Assembly (NCBI GenBank): GCA_965645245.1
Contig: OZ287068.1
Location: forward strand, 3,038,001-3,102,000
Length of the DNA: 64,000 bases
Direction of reading: 5' to 3'
From: Massalongia carnosa
Lineage: Eukaryota
How positions within the stretch are numbered: position 1 is the first letter of the stretch; each line of letters opens with the position of its first letter. Position numbers and translations under genes: made by a program. Below, piece by piece: positions 50,530 through 64,000 of this stretch. The notes beneath the pieces are model-generated. The model saw only the letters and a list, made by a program, of their open reading frames with translations, made no database searches and had not been told where the DNA came from.

Positions 50530-53500
50530 ATGTCTTCACGCAATATTCCACGATCACCACCACGATTTGTGGAGCGGCGACCGTCTACGGCGTTTAATAG
50601 CGGGCCTTTAGCAGCCCGAACAACGGATCCTATTCACCGCCAAAATGATCTACCCGCCTACTCTAGCGTGGGGCGAGAAGCACCTAGAGAACCTCCGCGA
50701 GGTCCAAAGGCTTTGCTTGACGGGCCTCGAGCCGTTGGATATGGTTCGCGAGGAAGAGGCTTTGCGGGTCGAGGGGATTCAAGGGAACGCGAGTTTCGCG
50801 ATCCAAGAGATTCTGCGATCTCTCGGAGAGGCATGGATCGCGACTGGGCTCGCAGGGGACGTATTGATAGTCGAGAAAGACGACCGTCGCCGACGGGTCG
50901 CAATCGTTCTAGATCACCCAATCCCCGAGATTTCCGGGAACAGAGGGATTTTCATACCCGAGAGATAGATAGCATTCGAGCGAGGAAGGATTCCAGAGAT
51001 GGGCCTTTGTCGGCCTCGTCATCGATCTCCGAAGTTCCACCGCCGGCAAATTTTACCCATGCAGGAACATTTCGTGGCCGGGTTCGAGGCGAGTGGGACT
51101 ATGCGAAGAGCGGCAGAGGAAGTTATCCGGACGAGCGCGACGGGTTTAAAAACAGAAGTCGGTCTCGTGATCGAATTTGGGAGAAAAAATCACGCGATGA
51201 GAGGGACCAACGTGACCCGGATTTCAGCAGACGGGATGACGATTCAAGGACAGAGCGTGAAGAAAGAGAACGAGAAGTCGACAAACACAAAAGAGAGTTG
51301 CCTGGAATTCGACCGGATTCAAGGAATTCCACGACCACCCAGGTCACTCCTTCTGCCTCAGTTTCGGCAGCAGTTCCGTCAGCGTATCAAATCAACGGTG
51401 ATCGTACCGCACAGAATGCTCATAGCTTGAATGTTGAGTCGAGTCGAAGGCCGTCCGGTGGGATCACCATGGGACACGTGCCTGGCGGTGGCAGAGACAA
51501 CGATCGAAATGAAATACTAGTACGTACTGAGAGAGACCGTCAAGTAGCACGGACGACGTCTCCACCGCCACAGGCGCCCCAAGTACCTGCATTCTGCTCT
51601 ATAGTCTATCGAGCACCTCCTGCAGCTCAAGGTGTAATAGGTGGAAAGGATCGCATCAAGGTTGAGACACCTCAGACAACATCTTCTCGGTCTACGCCCC
51701 TTGACGTTTTTAAGGAAGCTCCTTCAGGGCCAAAGGTTAAAGCTCTTAGCACTCCGCCAACAGGACCCAAAGCAGCACAACCTGCGGAAAGGTCTGGATT
51801 TGATAGTTTGGGAATCGCGGGCAGCGGAACGGAGCTTGAGAGAGAAAGGCATCGTTTCCCAAATTTACCGCCATCGATTCCCGAAGATTTCAACAGTGAA
51901 GATACTCGCAAAGAGCATTATGTCAACACTTCCCATGTAACAACACATCTTCATGGCATCCACGACAGTTCCCCTTCTCTTAGCAATCTAACCTACCCAG
52001 AGCCACAAGCAGCATCGAGGCAGATTCCTCTGCAATTCTTGCAAACTTCGGGTAGAAAAGATGTGGAAGGGGCGCTGCGTGAGCCCAATGCAACAGCCAA
52101 TCTACATGGTACGGTTTCTGTAAAGGCCGCATTTCATGACACGCCGAGTCAGCATTCCTCCCTAAAGATCCCTACAGGACCCAGAGCTGAACGGAGCAGT
52201 CCAATGCTCAGACAACCAGTCTCTCCACCAGTGCGGGCTGCTCCCATCAGACCTGCTGCACCCCAGCGGCAGCAGCGACCAGCCAACTTGAAGTGGGTGC
52301 GCCCAGGCCTTCCCCAACACACTCCACGTGGTCCTTCCATTATGAACACTGTACCAACCAAAAGGGACTATGCTGGAGAGGGGAAACCACGCGCGGTTCA
52401 ACCCGAGCGCGAGCCTTTAATGTCTGTGGAGCGCGCTGGGCCGCGGCTTAAGGCTCCTAGAAGAGGTTCTCTTGGCGCGAGCCCGGCAGAGCCATTTCCT
52501 GATGAGCAATCCTCTGCGAAGGAGGAAGCTAGAACCGAGCGTGCAAATGAGCCGAAGGAGGCAGGTGAGATCTTTGACGAACAGAGCTGCAGATTCTCCG
52601 GCTCGGAGATCAGAAAAAGCGTGGAATCCAACGAGCTTGATCCCGATGACATGGGGCAGGATGACGAACCGTTTGAGCGCCAATTCGAGTTAAAAATGCG
52701 CGCTTTGGAGTCGAAGCGACCTGCCACTCCGCGTCACCATCCCGTCCTTCTATCCTTGTTAAACGAATTTGATGCTCTAGCAAGTGCTGCAGAGGACCTA
52801 GCTAACGGTACATGCAACGAACCTCTACCGAATGAACCATACATTAAGCCATTGCCATTAGGTCTACCGTCACCAAAACTAGAGGACTCTGATAAAGCAG
52901 ATTTGAAGGAGACTCCGATGGCGTCTAAATATCCCGCTATAACACGTCGCCTAACCCCCCCGCTTGAGAGCCTCCCTTTTTTAGCCTCTGGACCTCCAAC
53001 GCCATTTTCCGAATTCGAGGACATTCAGCAAAATCCTTTCCACCAGGACCTAGTCCACGCTCGGATCACGGAAATGCTTGGAAACCAGCGGGAGCGCGTT
53101 GAGGCAGAAAATGAAGACATCAGGGTTGACTACGCAAGAAAATATAAAGGGTGGAGATTGCAGGTTGAAGATTATGAGGACATTAAGAAGGCCGAGCAGC
53201 CAAACACACCTGCACCAGACTCACCGACTCCTACAACCCTACCTTTGGTAACATCCACACCTCTGATGGAAGGCAGAAGAACTGGCAAAAATGTTAGCGA
53301 GTTGGACTTGGAAAGAGTGATGCAGGCATCCGCGTTAACTCATCAAGTAGAACAGGAAAGACGCAGTCGAGAAACAAAAATACCTATTAATCTCGAAAAA
53401 GAAGCAGTCATTCCACAAATGCTAAATCGGTACGAAATAAAAGCTTGTATATTTGATGACCGGAACAATTCAATAGATAAACGACTGGCATTCGACGTCT

Positions 53501-56155
53501 TTGCCTTTCTGCCTAAGCAAGATGACTTCACGGCCAAGGAACAGGAAATTTTCTTAGAGAACTATCTCCTATACCCAAAGAAATGGGGCACAATTGCAGA
53601 TGCCTTGGTAGGACGAGACTACCAAGATTGTGTACGTCATTACTACTACACTAAGGGTGAGGCACAGTACAAGGAGAAAGAAAGGGCATTTTCCCGGGTC
53701 AAGAAAGGTCGTAAAGGAGGTCGTGGCCCTCAAGGTCGACCAAAATCTAATGCGTTGATGCCATCATATGATGGTGCTGTAGATCTCGACGCTCCTCAAA
53801 TTCCTGTTACAGATACCGGACGGCCCAGACGTGCAGCTGCTCCCACGTTCGGAGATGCGGCTGATGGTGAACCTGCAACGCCAGTAGCGACACCCGCTCG
53901 GCGCAACACTGCGGGGGTTAAAGGTGAAACAAACGGGGAGTCGATGCCAGAAAAGCCCAGCGGGAAGCGAGGCAGAACAGCAACACTTAAAGAGAAAGGG
54001 CCGAAGAAATCCAGAGCACCTTTGTTAGCTGCTGCGCCAGGCCCTTCCCCTCAGAAGATTGAGGCCGAGGTAGGCAGAGCTCGCAGCAAAGAGTTGAAAA
54101 TTGAAGGTGAGCAACGAATGGAGGAGATAGAAGGGGCGCAGTTACTCGCTGGTCTTCACAGCAGTCAGGCTACAAGTTTACCGGTCAGCCAACCTGGCAC
54201 AACGGATGGATGGCTAGGGGCTCCTTCTAGTGTGATGAACGTTCCCACCCATACTCCCAAGCCGCAGCCGCCACAACCGCCACAACCGCCACAGCCGTTA
54301 CAAGGAAGCCAGGAACCCCAGCAGCCCCAACAATCCCAGCAACAGCAGCAGCCCCAAAAGGGGCCACAGCCTGCTACTTCAAGTTACTGGTCGGTACCAG
54401 AGCAAACGGATTTCCAAAACTTGGTTCACCATTTCGGCACGGATTGGCACGCCATTGCTAACAACATGAAATCTAAAACTCACACCATGGTATGACCCTA
54501 TATGCTTTCTAGCTTTTTCCGGCGCCCACTTGATGCAACAAACTTGTGCTGACGGCTTTCTTCTTTGGCAGATTAAAAACTATTATTTTCGTCTTGTTGA
54601 GCAGGGAAAAACCGCTGTCGAGCAAGCTGCTCACAACGCCGATATGAAGAAACAACGAGGCGAGGATATGGGTCCTCCACCTGCCCCAACCACTATCCCA
54701 AAGCGCCGATATGATACTGCTGCTCAAGCTACCCCACATAGACCCTTAGCTCCTAGTATCGATAGCATAGAAGTGGAGGGCGAATCTCCGAGGCTTCAGC
54801 CGGCCAAGGCCACTCGGTCTTCACCGCCACAGCTAGGCCAGGCATCAACAAGATTTGCTGTTCTGGCTCAGGCTGAACCAGGGCCAGCATCAACACCGGC
54901 ACAAGTTGTTTCCCAGGGGCCTCTTAGTTCTACCACCCGAGCACAAGTTCAGCCCCAGCAGCCTCGCACTTCGCAGCTTTTGCAAGGCCCACGATCGGGG
55001 TTCTTTCCCGAAGAGCGGTCTCGACCTATACTACAAGCGCAACCGCCAAAACAGCAACATCATCAACAACACGTGCGGCAAACTTCGCAGCAAGTCGGGC
55101 AGCAGCAAATCTCGCAGCAGCTAAAGTACCGACAAGAAGTGCAACAAAAGAGGGAGCTACAGGACCAGCAGCGGGGCCAAGAATTTCCGGAACTGCTGCA
55201 CCCTACAAGCAAAGTAAGACATCAAGACTCGTCACAAGCAGCTCCAGGTTATCAAGCTTCGGCGCGGAATCAGCAGGCCTCACTTTCACAGGCACAGTTT
55301 CCTCCGAACCAGCATACTAACGCTTCATCTCAAATCCGAATTGCCCCTTCGCCCCCAGTTGATGTAGATATACGGCCTCGCAGTGCAAGTCATCAGCAGC
55401 AGCACCAACCGTTGCAGAAGCAGCAAACCGATCAGGCGCATCAGCGCGCGAACTCTCCTACAGTGCGCCAAATCAACCCTTTTAATCGTTCAAGATTTCA
55501 CACAAACACATTACAATCACCATCCAGCGCAAAGTTATCTCCCACTTTCTCCCCGCCTACAGAGACAACACGACCAAACTCTGTACCAGCCTTAGCAATG
55601 GCTCAAACACCCCTTCGCCCTTCGGTGCCACCACCCGTCGCGAAGAGATCTAACATCATGTCCATTCTGAACGATGAGCCTGCGGAGCCTCAACAGCGCA
55701 AGAAGCTAAGTGATCCTCGGGGAAGCGTCCCCACACCACCACCTCAATCTCCGGCCATTTCTTCTCAGATGTATCCACAACCCAGTCAGCCCGTGCAACA
55801 AATCCATAAGCGAGATGTTCCCTCTGAACCAATCCATCAACTGCAATCACAACCACAACATCAACGGCCACCCACAGGTAACTTGAATCCACAGCACCAA
55901 GCATCATCTCAGTTCCGAGAGGCTGGGATGAACTGGCCTGTAGCAGTTCAACGTCCACACTTGGATCAGCGGTCAAGTTACCAGCCGCAACAGGTAAACT
56001 CACCACAGATTAAATCCGCTTATGCTCCACCATCGTCCCGACCTCCCTTTCAGCCGCTACACCGTACCCTTGCCCCTAGTCCTCCTCCTTCTCATCCTCA
56101 TCCACCCTCCTTTGCTCATTCAAGAACTTCATCGTATACCAGCACGCAGTCTCAT

Positions 56156-56191
<36 letters not shown>

Positions 56192-56797
56192 CAACATGGG
56201 CAACCTCACCATCTCCCGCATCAAGCTGTTACGTCATCTACGCAGGGAAATCCCCCACTGCAGCCTTCTCCATACGCCCAGATTCAGGCTCCACAGCACC
56301 TCCATGCTCAACACCAACAACAAGCCCAGCAAATTCACCTGCAACCGCAGCAGCCGAAGCAGCAGCAGCAGCAGCAGCAACATCAACAACAACGCCATCA
56401 GCATCATCACCAAGCCCAGCCGACTGAAACCGAAAATAGTAGCTTCCACCATCAACCGTATTTGCGGCAAAGCGAGGTAATACGGCAACAAGACTCACAG
56501 GCACTTCGCCAATCGGACACGTTGCGCCAACAAGAGCTGCAAAGACAACAGGACACCCTGAGACAGCAAGAGCTGCTTGCAAGGAGACAACGCGAACACA
56601 CTCTTCGCCAGCAAGAAGAGTTTAGTATCAGACAACAGCAGGAACAGGCGATATTGCTAAGGCAGCAGGAGTTTGTCCGGCGCGAAGCAGCCAGCAGAAC
56701 GTATACTCCTCCCATCTATGGCGTTCAGGGGGGTTATGGCGCACCTCAGCCACCGCATGGGCCTGGCCCGGGAAGGGCTTACGATGATGGGAGATGA
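50530..56797 (+). CDS. SNT1: Snt1/NCoR-like double-SANT scaffold of the Set3 HDAC complex (2 exons), Q-rich C-terminus
   Basis: Exons 50530-54489 and 54572-56797. SANT1 FTAKEQEIF..YPKKWGTIA..DCVRHYYYTK; SANT2 SSYWSVPEQTDF..FGTDWHAIA..KTHTM|IKNYY; KRSNIMSILN motif. Confidence 0.88.
56155..56195 (+). repeat. CAG microsatellite encoding polyglutamine in SNT1
   Basis: (cag)n run giving HQQQQQQQQQQQQQH; a second run at ~56360-56390. Confidence 0.9.
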
Positions 56798-59700
56798 GGT
56801 CATGCATGTGGGGCATACAGGCCGAAGAGGGGCTTTTGAGATCTTTGGGGTGCTGGTCACCGATTGCCGGCTCGCGGGCGTACGAGAAGCCATGGCGTAT
56901 TGTTCCAGGGCTGCCAGCAGGACTAAAGATATCTACCAAGAACGGATGCACGAAGCATCGTAACACAGGTGGCCGAGGAGGGGGGGAGTGGCGTTTGTGG
57001 TGGGAATTTTGGGGAAGGCTTTCGTTGGAGGCATGGGGTTGCGCGTTCGTTGCATTGGTCGTTTTTAAGCTTATGCGCAGGCGAAACGCCTTGCACGCTT
57101 GTCTAGTGCGACGGGGAGCACGAGAGCGAACCTTTGGAAACGGGAGCAGCAGCAGCAAAAGGGAGGTGGGTAGCGGGCAGTGATGGCAGTAGTGGCGGTA
57201 GCAATGATGGTGGACATATCTCCTCGCTCATTTAGGTTGTACTGTGTCCCTGGGGGTAAGGAGGGTTTGGCGCGCTTTTGCTTTGCGGGAAAGGGGTGGA
57301 AGTTTTTTTTTTGGTTTTTATGGTTTTGTGGTTTTGTTTGTTTTTTGTGGCAGATAATCATACTGTACAGTACTAGTACGGTGCTACATTAGGGGGGGGG
57401 GTCATGCTGATGGTGCTGGTGCTGGTGATAGCGATCATTGCGTTAGGGATGGATTGCATTATCGCAGAGTCTAGAAAGGCGCTTTTTTTTCGTTCAGGAA
57501 TTTGATTCACCTACCTATTACCTGTTTCGTTTGTATGATTGATTAATTGGCTGATTGGTTGGTTGGTTGTTTGGTTGATTGGTTTAGTGATGTGACGCCC
57601 TGACGAGGATGATGACAGCGGCGGGAGGGTGTGTTATACATCCCTATTGTATAGGTACTAGTACACATGTATATGTAGGTGTTTGCTAGGATGATATGGG
57701 AGGAGGGAGGTGGGGAGGTAAGTGCCGCTTAAGGTACGTATTGTATTCTGTTGATATGCAAAATCCATTTCGACACACTTTGATCCCGGCAGTGATGTAG
57801 GTATTGTGTACGTGCCCTACTTCCTTGACTCTCTGTACCTCTCTTGCGCCGGTGGGGTTTTTGGGAATTTCTAATTTCTAAAATCTAAAATCCGAGTAAA
57901 ATCAATCAATCAACCCGAAGTGCGCTTCTGGTGGGTTTGGGAGAACATCATGTGTATAATGCTTGACGATAGGTTATGGAGAATCCCATGGTCGTTTGTT
58001 GGAAGACGAAGAAGAAGAAGAAGAAGGTTGTTTTGGTGGGATTTTCGAACGTGGTCGAGTTCTGAGGTCGGGAGTAGCAGATGCATTTCGCTTCTACGTT
58101 TGTCTCGGTTCTATTTATTTTATTTTATTTGGGAAGGTCCATCCGCGTGCCTCTCTCCATTTTGCTTTCTTCGGGAGCGGGTGAGTAGGTAGGCACGTGG
58201 TGGTAGGGGTGAATAGAGGTGTGTATATCTCGGAGATTTTTTCCTGTGGTGCTTATCAAGAGGAGACTATCGAACTATCCATTGGTGAGAGAAGCGTGTG
58301 TTTTGTGTTGGTTGAATGCGTGCTCTGTAGATAGCTAGGTAGGTAGGTACCTAGTTATTTATCGTTTGCTCGAATCGATTTGGAGAAGTTTGACATCAAG
58401 CTTTAGTTTGGGGGACCGTTGGGAGGAACCGTGGCAACTTTGTTGAGACTTTGTCGGGTGTTTTGATATCGATAGGCAAGTAACGTTGGTTGTCGATATT
58501 GAATGCGAGACGTATATATTCTGACTCCGTACCGAGCACTTATCACTTCCTTTCCGTACGATGTACTGTACAGAATATAGAGTAAGAAAAGGTCGTTGCG
58601 AACTAACTACATACAGAGTAGCGACCCACCCCTAAAATCACATGATCGAATCCGTCTCCGACGATCACCCCAAAGGACGAGCGGGAAGCAAGCGGCCATA
58701 TGCGACCCTCTGCATGGGGACCGATGGGGAAAAGGCCCCAGTCCCCTAATAATCTCAACACCATCCAGTCGTTTTGCGCGCTTCGCTGGTGTGAATTGGA
58801 TTTTCGTCAGGGTGGCTTACGTAACCGCCCTTGATTTGGGCTCCGTCCATAGTAAAGCGTTTCGCCCAAAATGGCGGATCCTAGGATTTCGTGTGGGAAG
58901 CCCCGTTTTAGCTTTTTGGGGGCTTTTCCCTTTTTCCTTGGTGGCCTGCATGCTGGTTGGTGGGTTTTCGTCTCGTCCGAAAGTCAACTTACAGCTTTTG
59001 CGGAGAGTTCGGGAGGGTATTTAACAGATCCGTTGCGCGGCGCGAAGAGTGGATCTTTGGAGGATGAAGGTTTACCGGACCAGGGATGGTGGGAACGTTG
59101 TGGTTGCGCGGGCTGGAATTTTCCAGGGTCTTGATGCACGGCAGCAACAGCAACTGCAGCACCACCAGCAGCATCATCATCATCATCATCAGGGTGCAGA
59201 TGGGAGGAGGGGGAACATCCCTGATTATCCATGCGCGACCTAGTTCGCTTGTTCAGTGCCTCGTGATTTTCTCCCTAACGTTTTGCCCCCCAGGCGCAAG
59301 TGATTGCAACGTACTCCATACATACAGTGTAGGGACCAAAAAGAGGGGTTTGCAGCGGCGTCCAGCTGCTGAACCTTTGGCCCTTGGCCCTGGAGATTTG
59401 TTCGTCCTTATGTCCTGCAGGTTGCCACGAACAATGGGGCATAATAGATGATGTACTCTATATGGTCCAGTCGCACCGTTAGTGGAAATCCACGCGTGAA
59501 CGGACAGATTTCTTTGCTGCGGATGGATTCGTCGCGAGAAGGCATGACGAGTCGTGGGTGGACAAAAAGAAGGGATCCTTGAGTGCGTGGGTGCGACGGG
59601 GTGTGGAAGCCGGCCCCTAAAGGACGGTCCCGCCGTTTGACATCTGCACCAACCACCAGACAGGGTCGCGTTGATGAGAAAAAGCGTATCGACATCGCCG

Positions 59701-61331
59701 AAGTGTATTTTCCCACTTGATCAAAAATAGCTGGTCCCATCAATCTCACCATTTACCACCGAGCCGACTTCTCGAAGCTTACGCATCTCGCGGGGACCAA
59801 TCTGTGTTCATGTGAGGTTATCTGCGTCGTCGTGCATCGGTGGGCCGGACGAGTCTGTACCAATCATTCGCGATAGACGGCCATTCAAGCTTTGCTCGGA
59901 AGAAGGGATTGGGTCGCGGATGGGAGGCGTAGAGATGCTAGGACTAGGACTTCACCATGGTTCCAGTCATCCTCGTCTTTCTTACTTTCTTCTGGCTAGG
60001 GGGCGGCGGACTTCATATTGCCAATATACCTACACTGCGTACATTACAAAGTACACCTGAAAGACCTCCTCTCTGATCGCCTGATACAGGAATAAATCAA
60101 TATTCTCCTCTATGTATTATGACTCCATCATTTCCCCATTTTGCTTACTCTCGTAAGCAATCTAAAAGTTGGGGTGAATCAGTTAGTCGGGTCCCCTATT
60201 CCAAGTTGCCTCGATCCCCAATCTCCAATCCCCCTATAGCCTAAAAGCTCTTAGCATTCGATTTTATTGTGATTGACATGTGAAAGGGTCATCTAGCGTA
60301 GCCTATTGGCGGTGCTCTTGATACCATGATACCATGATACCAATGATACCAATGATACCGAGGTCCACTAGCTAGTGACCATTACCGGGAAACGCCTAGC
60401 GCTTCAGCCGGTGGCCTAACTTTAATCGGAAACGGTTTAGCATGGTACGATAAAAAAGACAAAACCGTAAAGTATTCAAACTTCACCCCTCGGCCAACTT
60501 TGGCTACGGTACAGAGCACTTCACTCGTATTGTTAGACCAGAAGCTCTTTCTTTCTCCTCCCCCCCACACACGCAACTTCAACACTCTTCCTGGCTTCAA
60601 AACCACATAACCCACCAAAACTTTCTCTATTCACATTATCTTCAATCGGCATTCTTCATGATCAACACTCCACCTCTTTCTTCTCATTACATCTATCGTC
60701 GCAAAGATATGATTACTCTCTCTCGTCATCACTGCTCGTAACAGCTCTTCGCCGAATCTTGGTACTCGATCGATTAGCTGTCGACCTTCCTACAACAGCA
60801 CTCTAGCCTCTCAAACCCCCTTGCCCTCTCAATAGTGTTTCCTTGGTCTGAGCTCCCCATCCCCCTCCCCCCCCCCCCTCCCCTTTCAAACAACACAAGT
60901 AGCTCTAGCTTACAGTCCGCGTGCATGCAAAGGCTTCTTATCCCGCTACACACGGCCCTGCTGCAGCTATCGTGCCTGTCATAATTCTCCCACCGTGTAC
61001 TTCAAGTTCTTGCCGCTCATGTGGTGACCCCTTCCACGAATTCCACGTCTTACGCCATATACGAGAACGAAGCCAGGCTGTGAACGAGATCGCGAACGAC
61101 ACCAGGCGATCATCATAGATTCCTCTTGTACGGTATTGGATTGATCCCAGCCGCACACCCTAGAAAAAATCATCACGGTTACGATCTCTTAGTTGTGGCA
61201 CCAGATTTGCTTTCTCACCAATTTCGATCATTGACTTCTTACGATCATTATTGACGTCTTGTTAGACGTGAAAGATTCCTGGAACGATCCACGCCAATCA
61301 ACCAGTACTGCTACTCGTCAAGCTAAACAAC

Positions 61332-63291
61332 ATGAATAATCATCAACATCATCACGAAATGTTCTATGATCAATCGGCTTCACGTTCTCCAGGAGCCCAC
61401 CGCCATCCACAACAGCAAACCCTTCACCGCCAACCTTCGCGCCATTTTGATGCTTACGGTCAGCTGCCAACCAACATGTATACGCCCGAGGACGGAAGCC
61501 TGAGTTATGACGCCATTAGATACAACAGGATTGTCGGTGCTCAGAACGGAGTATATAATGGTTTCGAGATGCCAAGCGCACAGACTTGGAACTCCAGTCC
61601 TTTTCCAGCTGGCAATAATTTCCCGAATTTTGCTGCCACCGGAAGAATGAAGTCGGCATCTCGTGCACGAGCTGGCCTTCCACCTGTATGTACATCCTGA
61701 ACTACTGAACGCGATGTTGTCATCCTAACCCTATTGGCTATAGACGTGGCTAGACCAGCAACAACTTCCTACGGGCAACCCCTTTGGTGGAATAGGCCCT
61801 TCTCCACTAGGTGGACAGCAGCTTCGCCCGGATAATTATCCCACCGATCCTGACGAGGAGCTTATACCTACCGCTATTGTTATCAAGAATATACCTTTTG
61901 CTGTTAAAAAGGAGCAGCTTGTGGATCTTATGACGCAGATGAACCTGCCTCTACCGTACGCGTTTAACTATCATTTCGATAACGGCGTGTTCCGAGGTCT
62001 TGCCTTTGCAAATTTCACCTCGGCAGACGAGACGGCCACAGTGATCGATAATCTCAATCACTTTGAGCTACAAGGTCGGAAATTACGTGTTGAATACAAG
62101 AAGATGCTACCCTTGCAAGAGCGGGAACGTATTGAACGGGAAAAGCGAGAACGACGTGGGCAACTCGAGGAACAGCATCGGCCAATTGCCAACAATCAGC
62201 TTCACAGCCAGGCATCATTGTCTTCATTGTCCTCTCACATGCCCGCAACATCACCTTCGCCAATTTCTTCGCGAAATGAGAAGCCAGGTACGACGATTGA
62301 TCAGCATTTCTTACCTCGAGCTAATACATGTCGTCAAGCTGTAGACCTGAACGACCCTCAAACCCTGGCTTTTTACTCGGATCTCTTGCTGTTCAGAGAC
62401 GACCTGTCACGTGAAGCTCTCATCTTCCCCTCTGCCCTTTCTCCCAATCAGCGACGTCTGGTGCATACTTTGGCACATCATATGGGACTGAGTCATATTT
62501 CTCGCGGTAATGGGGATCAGCGCCAAGTTCATGTAGTGCGTGCACCTCCAGGAAGCAACATCAGTCCCCCGATCCCACAAGTCTCCGCAATTCATTCTGG
62601 GGATGCTTCCCGCCGAGGGCTCAACCGAGCTGCCACAATTGACTTCAACGAGGCCAGGAGCGCCGAACCCGGACTGTACAACACACTCCGCGGTCAGCAA
62701 TCATCAGGGTTCCTAGGTGTACCGGATTCTCCAGGTGGATTCGGGACGCAGCAGAATCTGCGTAATGCAAAGTCATTTGCGGATTTACGATCATATACTC
62801 CGTCTCCAGTCCCATCGTCTGCCAGCTTTCCCCCGGCTCTGCAGTCGAATATCGCCAGGTTTCAAGAGTATGGCCCTGGAAGCGCCGCGTCCATCACGCC
62901 CACGCTGACTCCGACCGCTTCAGGCTCAGCGCTTGGTCAGCATCGCGATGAGAGCCTCCTTGTGAACGGACTTGGAGGCTTGTCTTTGGGTGGGAGTTTG
63001 GGACCAGCCGGACCTAATGGAGGCAGCCCGAGGCGTCTACGAGGAATGTTTAATTGGGATCAAGATAATCAATCGCAACCGTCGACGGGACCTATTGGTA
63101 GCAGTCGATCGTTCAGCATGAACTATGAGGACCCGTTGAGGAATGGAGGGCAGAGTTTACCCTTGAGACAACCAAGAGGCCCCGGAGCCGAACGTGGGAC
63201 CGGCTTTTCGCGGCCCCGCCAGAACGGACATCAAGGACGAGGCAGTGATGAGTTGAGAGCCTCGTCTAGCGTGGAGATCATCGTTGAGTAA
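61332..63291 (+). CDS. PIN4: Pin4/Cip2-like RRM + R3H RNA-binding protein (3 exons)
   Basis: Exons 61332-61685, 61744-62287, 62339-63291. IPTAIVIKNIPF, FRGLAFANF, GRKLRVEYKKMLP; R3H LSPNQRRLVHTLAHHMGLSH. Confidence 0.88.
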
Positions 63292-64000
63292 ACGCAAAAC
63301 GGGGGAGTCATGCGCATTTGGGAACTGTTTGGGCATTACCGGAACATGACTTAATGAAAGATGACGACACGACAAGTAGAAAAACAACTATCTGGGGCCA
63401 CCCTACCATCAACTCTGGATATGGTTTTCGTGGCATTTATCTCAGACCTAGGCAGCCCACCATGGATCTCGTGGAATTCGAATCTTCTTGCCGCCTAACG
63501 CTTATGATTTTCGCATTGAATTCTCCTTTTCATCCCGACCGACACCATCGTCGTTAATAATCCGCTCGGCTTCTCGTTCGAATATGTATTCCTCAACTCA
63601 AATTGTACAGGCCTTTTCATTCTCCGAGGAACAGTCGAGTTTTTTTATGGGAAATCCTTTGCCCATGATGGCGGTTGGAAGGTCCATTTCCATTCCTGAT
63701 TTCTCCTCATCAGTCTTTGCGTACGTTCTCCATGATTGTAACGAACATTCGACTCAGGTCAAGACAACCGTTCAGACGAATTATTTGGGTCCATTGTGGA
63801 AGATACGGATGCGGAAGAGAGAAGAATCAAGATTGGTTATCGGAGGCCCTTGTAACTAACTCTCTTTGGGCCAATCTACACGAGGGATTTTTCAAACATT
63901 CGTTTTTGTTTTCTTTTTCCGTACTCCTTCCTAAAAAGAGGGTTTGATGACATATTGGGTTGTTTCTCGCGCTTTTGTCGTACCATAATTTAATAGAGAG

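Noticed and set aside
58596..59752. Overlapping ORFs including a polyQ/polyH peptide
   Set aside because: Produced by a CAG/CAT microsatellite; no coherent exon structure or domain.

Overview
Eukaryotic, intron-containing DNA from a filamentous ascomycete (Pezizomycotina-like gene set). The first ~24.5 kb is a layered transposon island. It contains: highly decayed coding-like DNA; a 5'-truncated Tad-like LINE with a 13-bp TSD; and a frameshifted minus-strand Helitron interrupted by three nested insertions. Those insertions are an intact Ty1/copia element with identical 191-bp TG...CT LTRs, a solo LTR, and a one-ended Fot1/pogo transposase fragment. A second, decayed copia gag remnant follows. 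Directly at the island edge sit three tandem, co-oriented uncharacterised genes. Once manually spliced, each begins with a short Myb/SANT-like helix-turn-helix domain followed by a basic disordered tail; this is the most novel-looking feature. The rest is conserved housekeeping genes: HSP60, cofilin (GC-AG first intron), GET5/MDY2, NOP2, a MATH-pseudoUSP-MORN-RING protein, deoxyhypusine synthase, an SNT1-like SANT protein and a PIN4-like RRM/R3H protein. All gene models and motif calls were made by eye, with no database searches.
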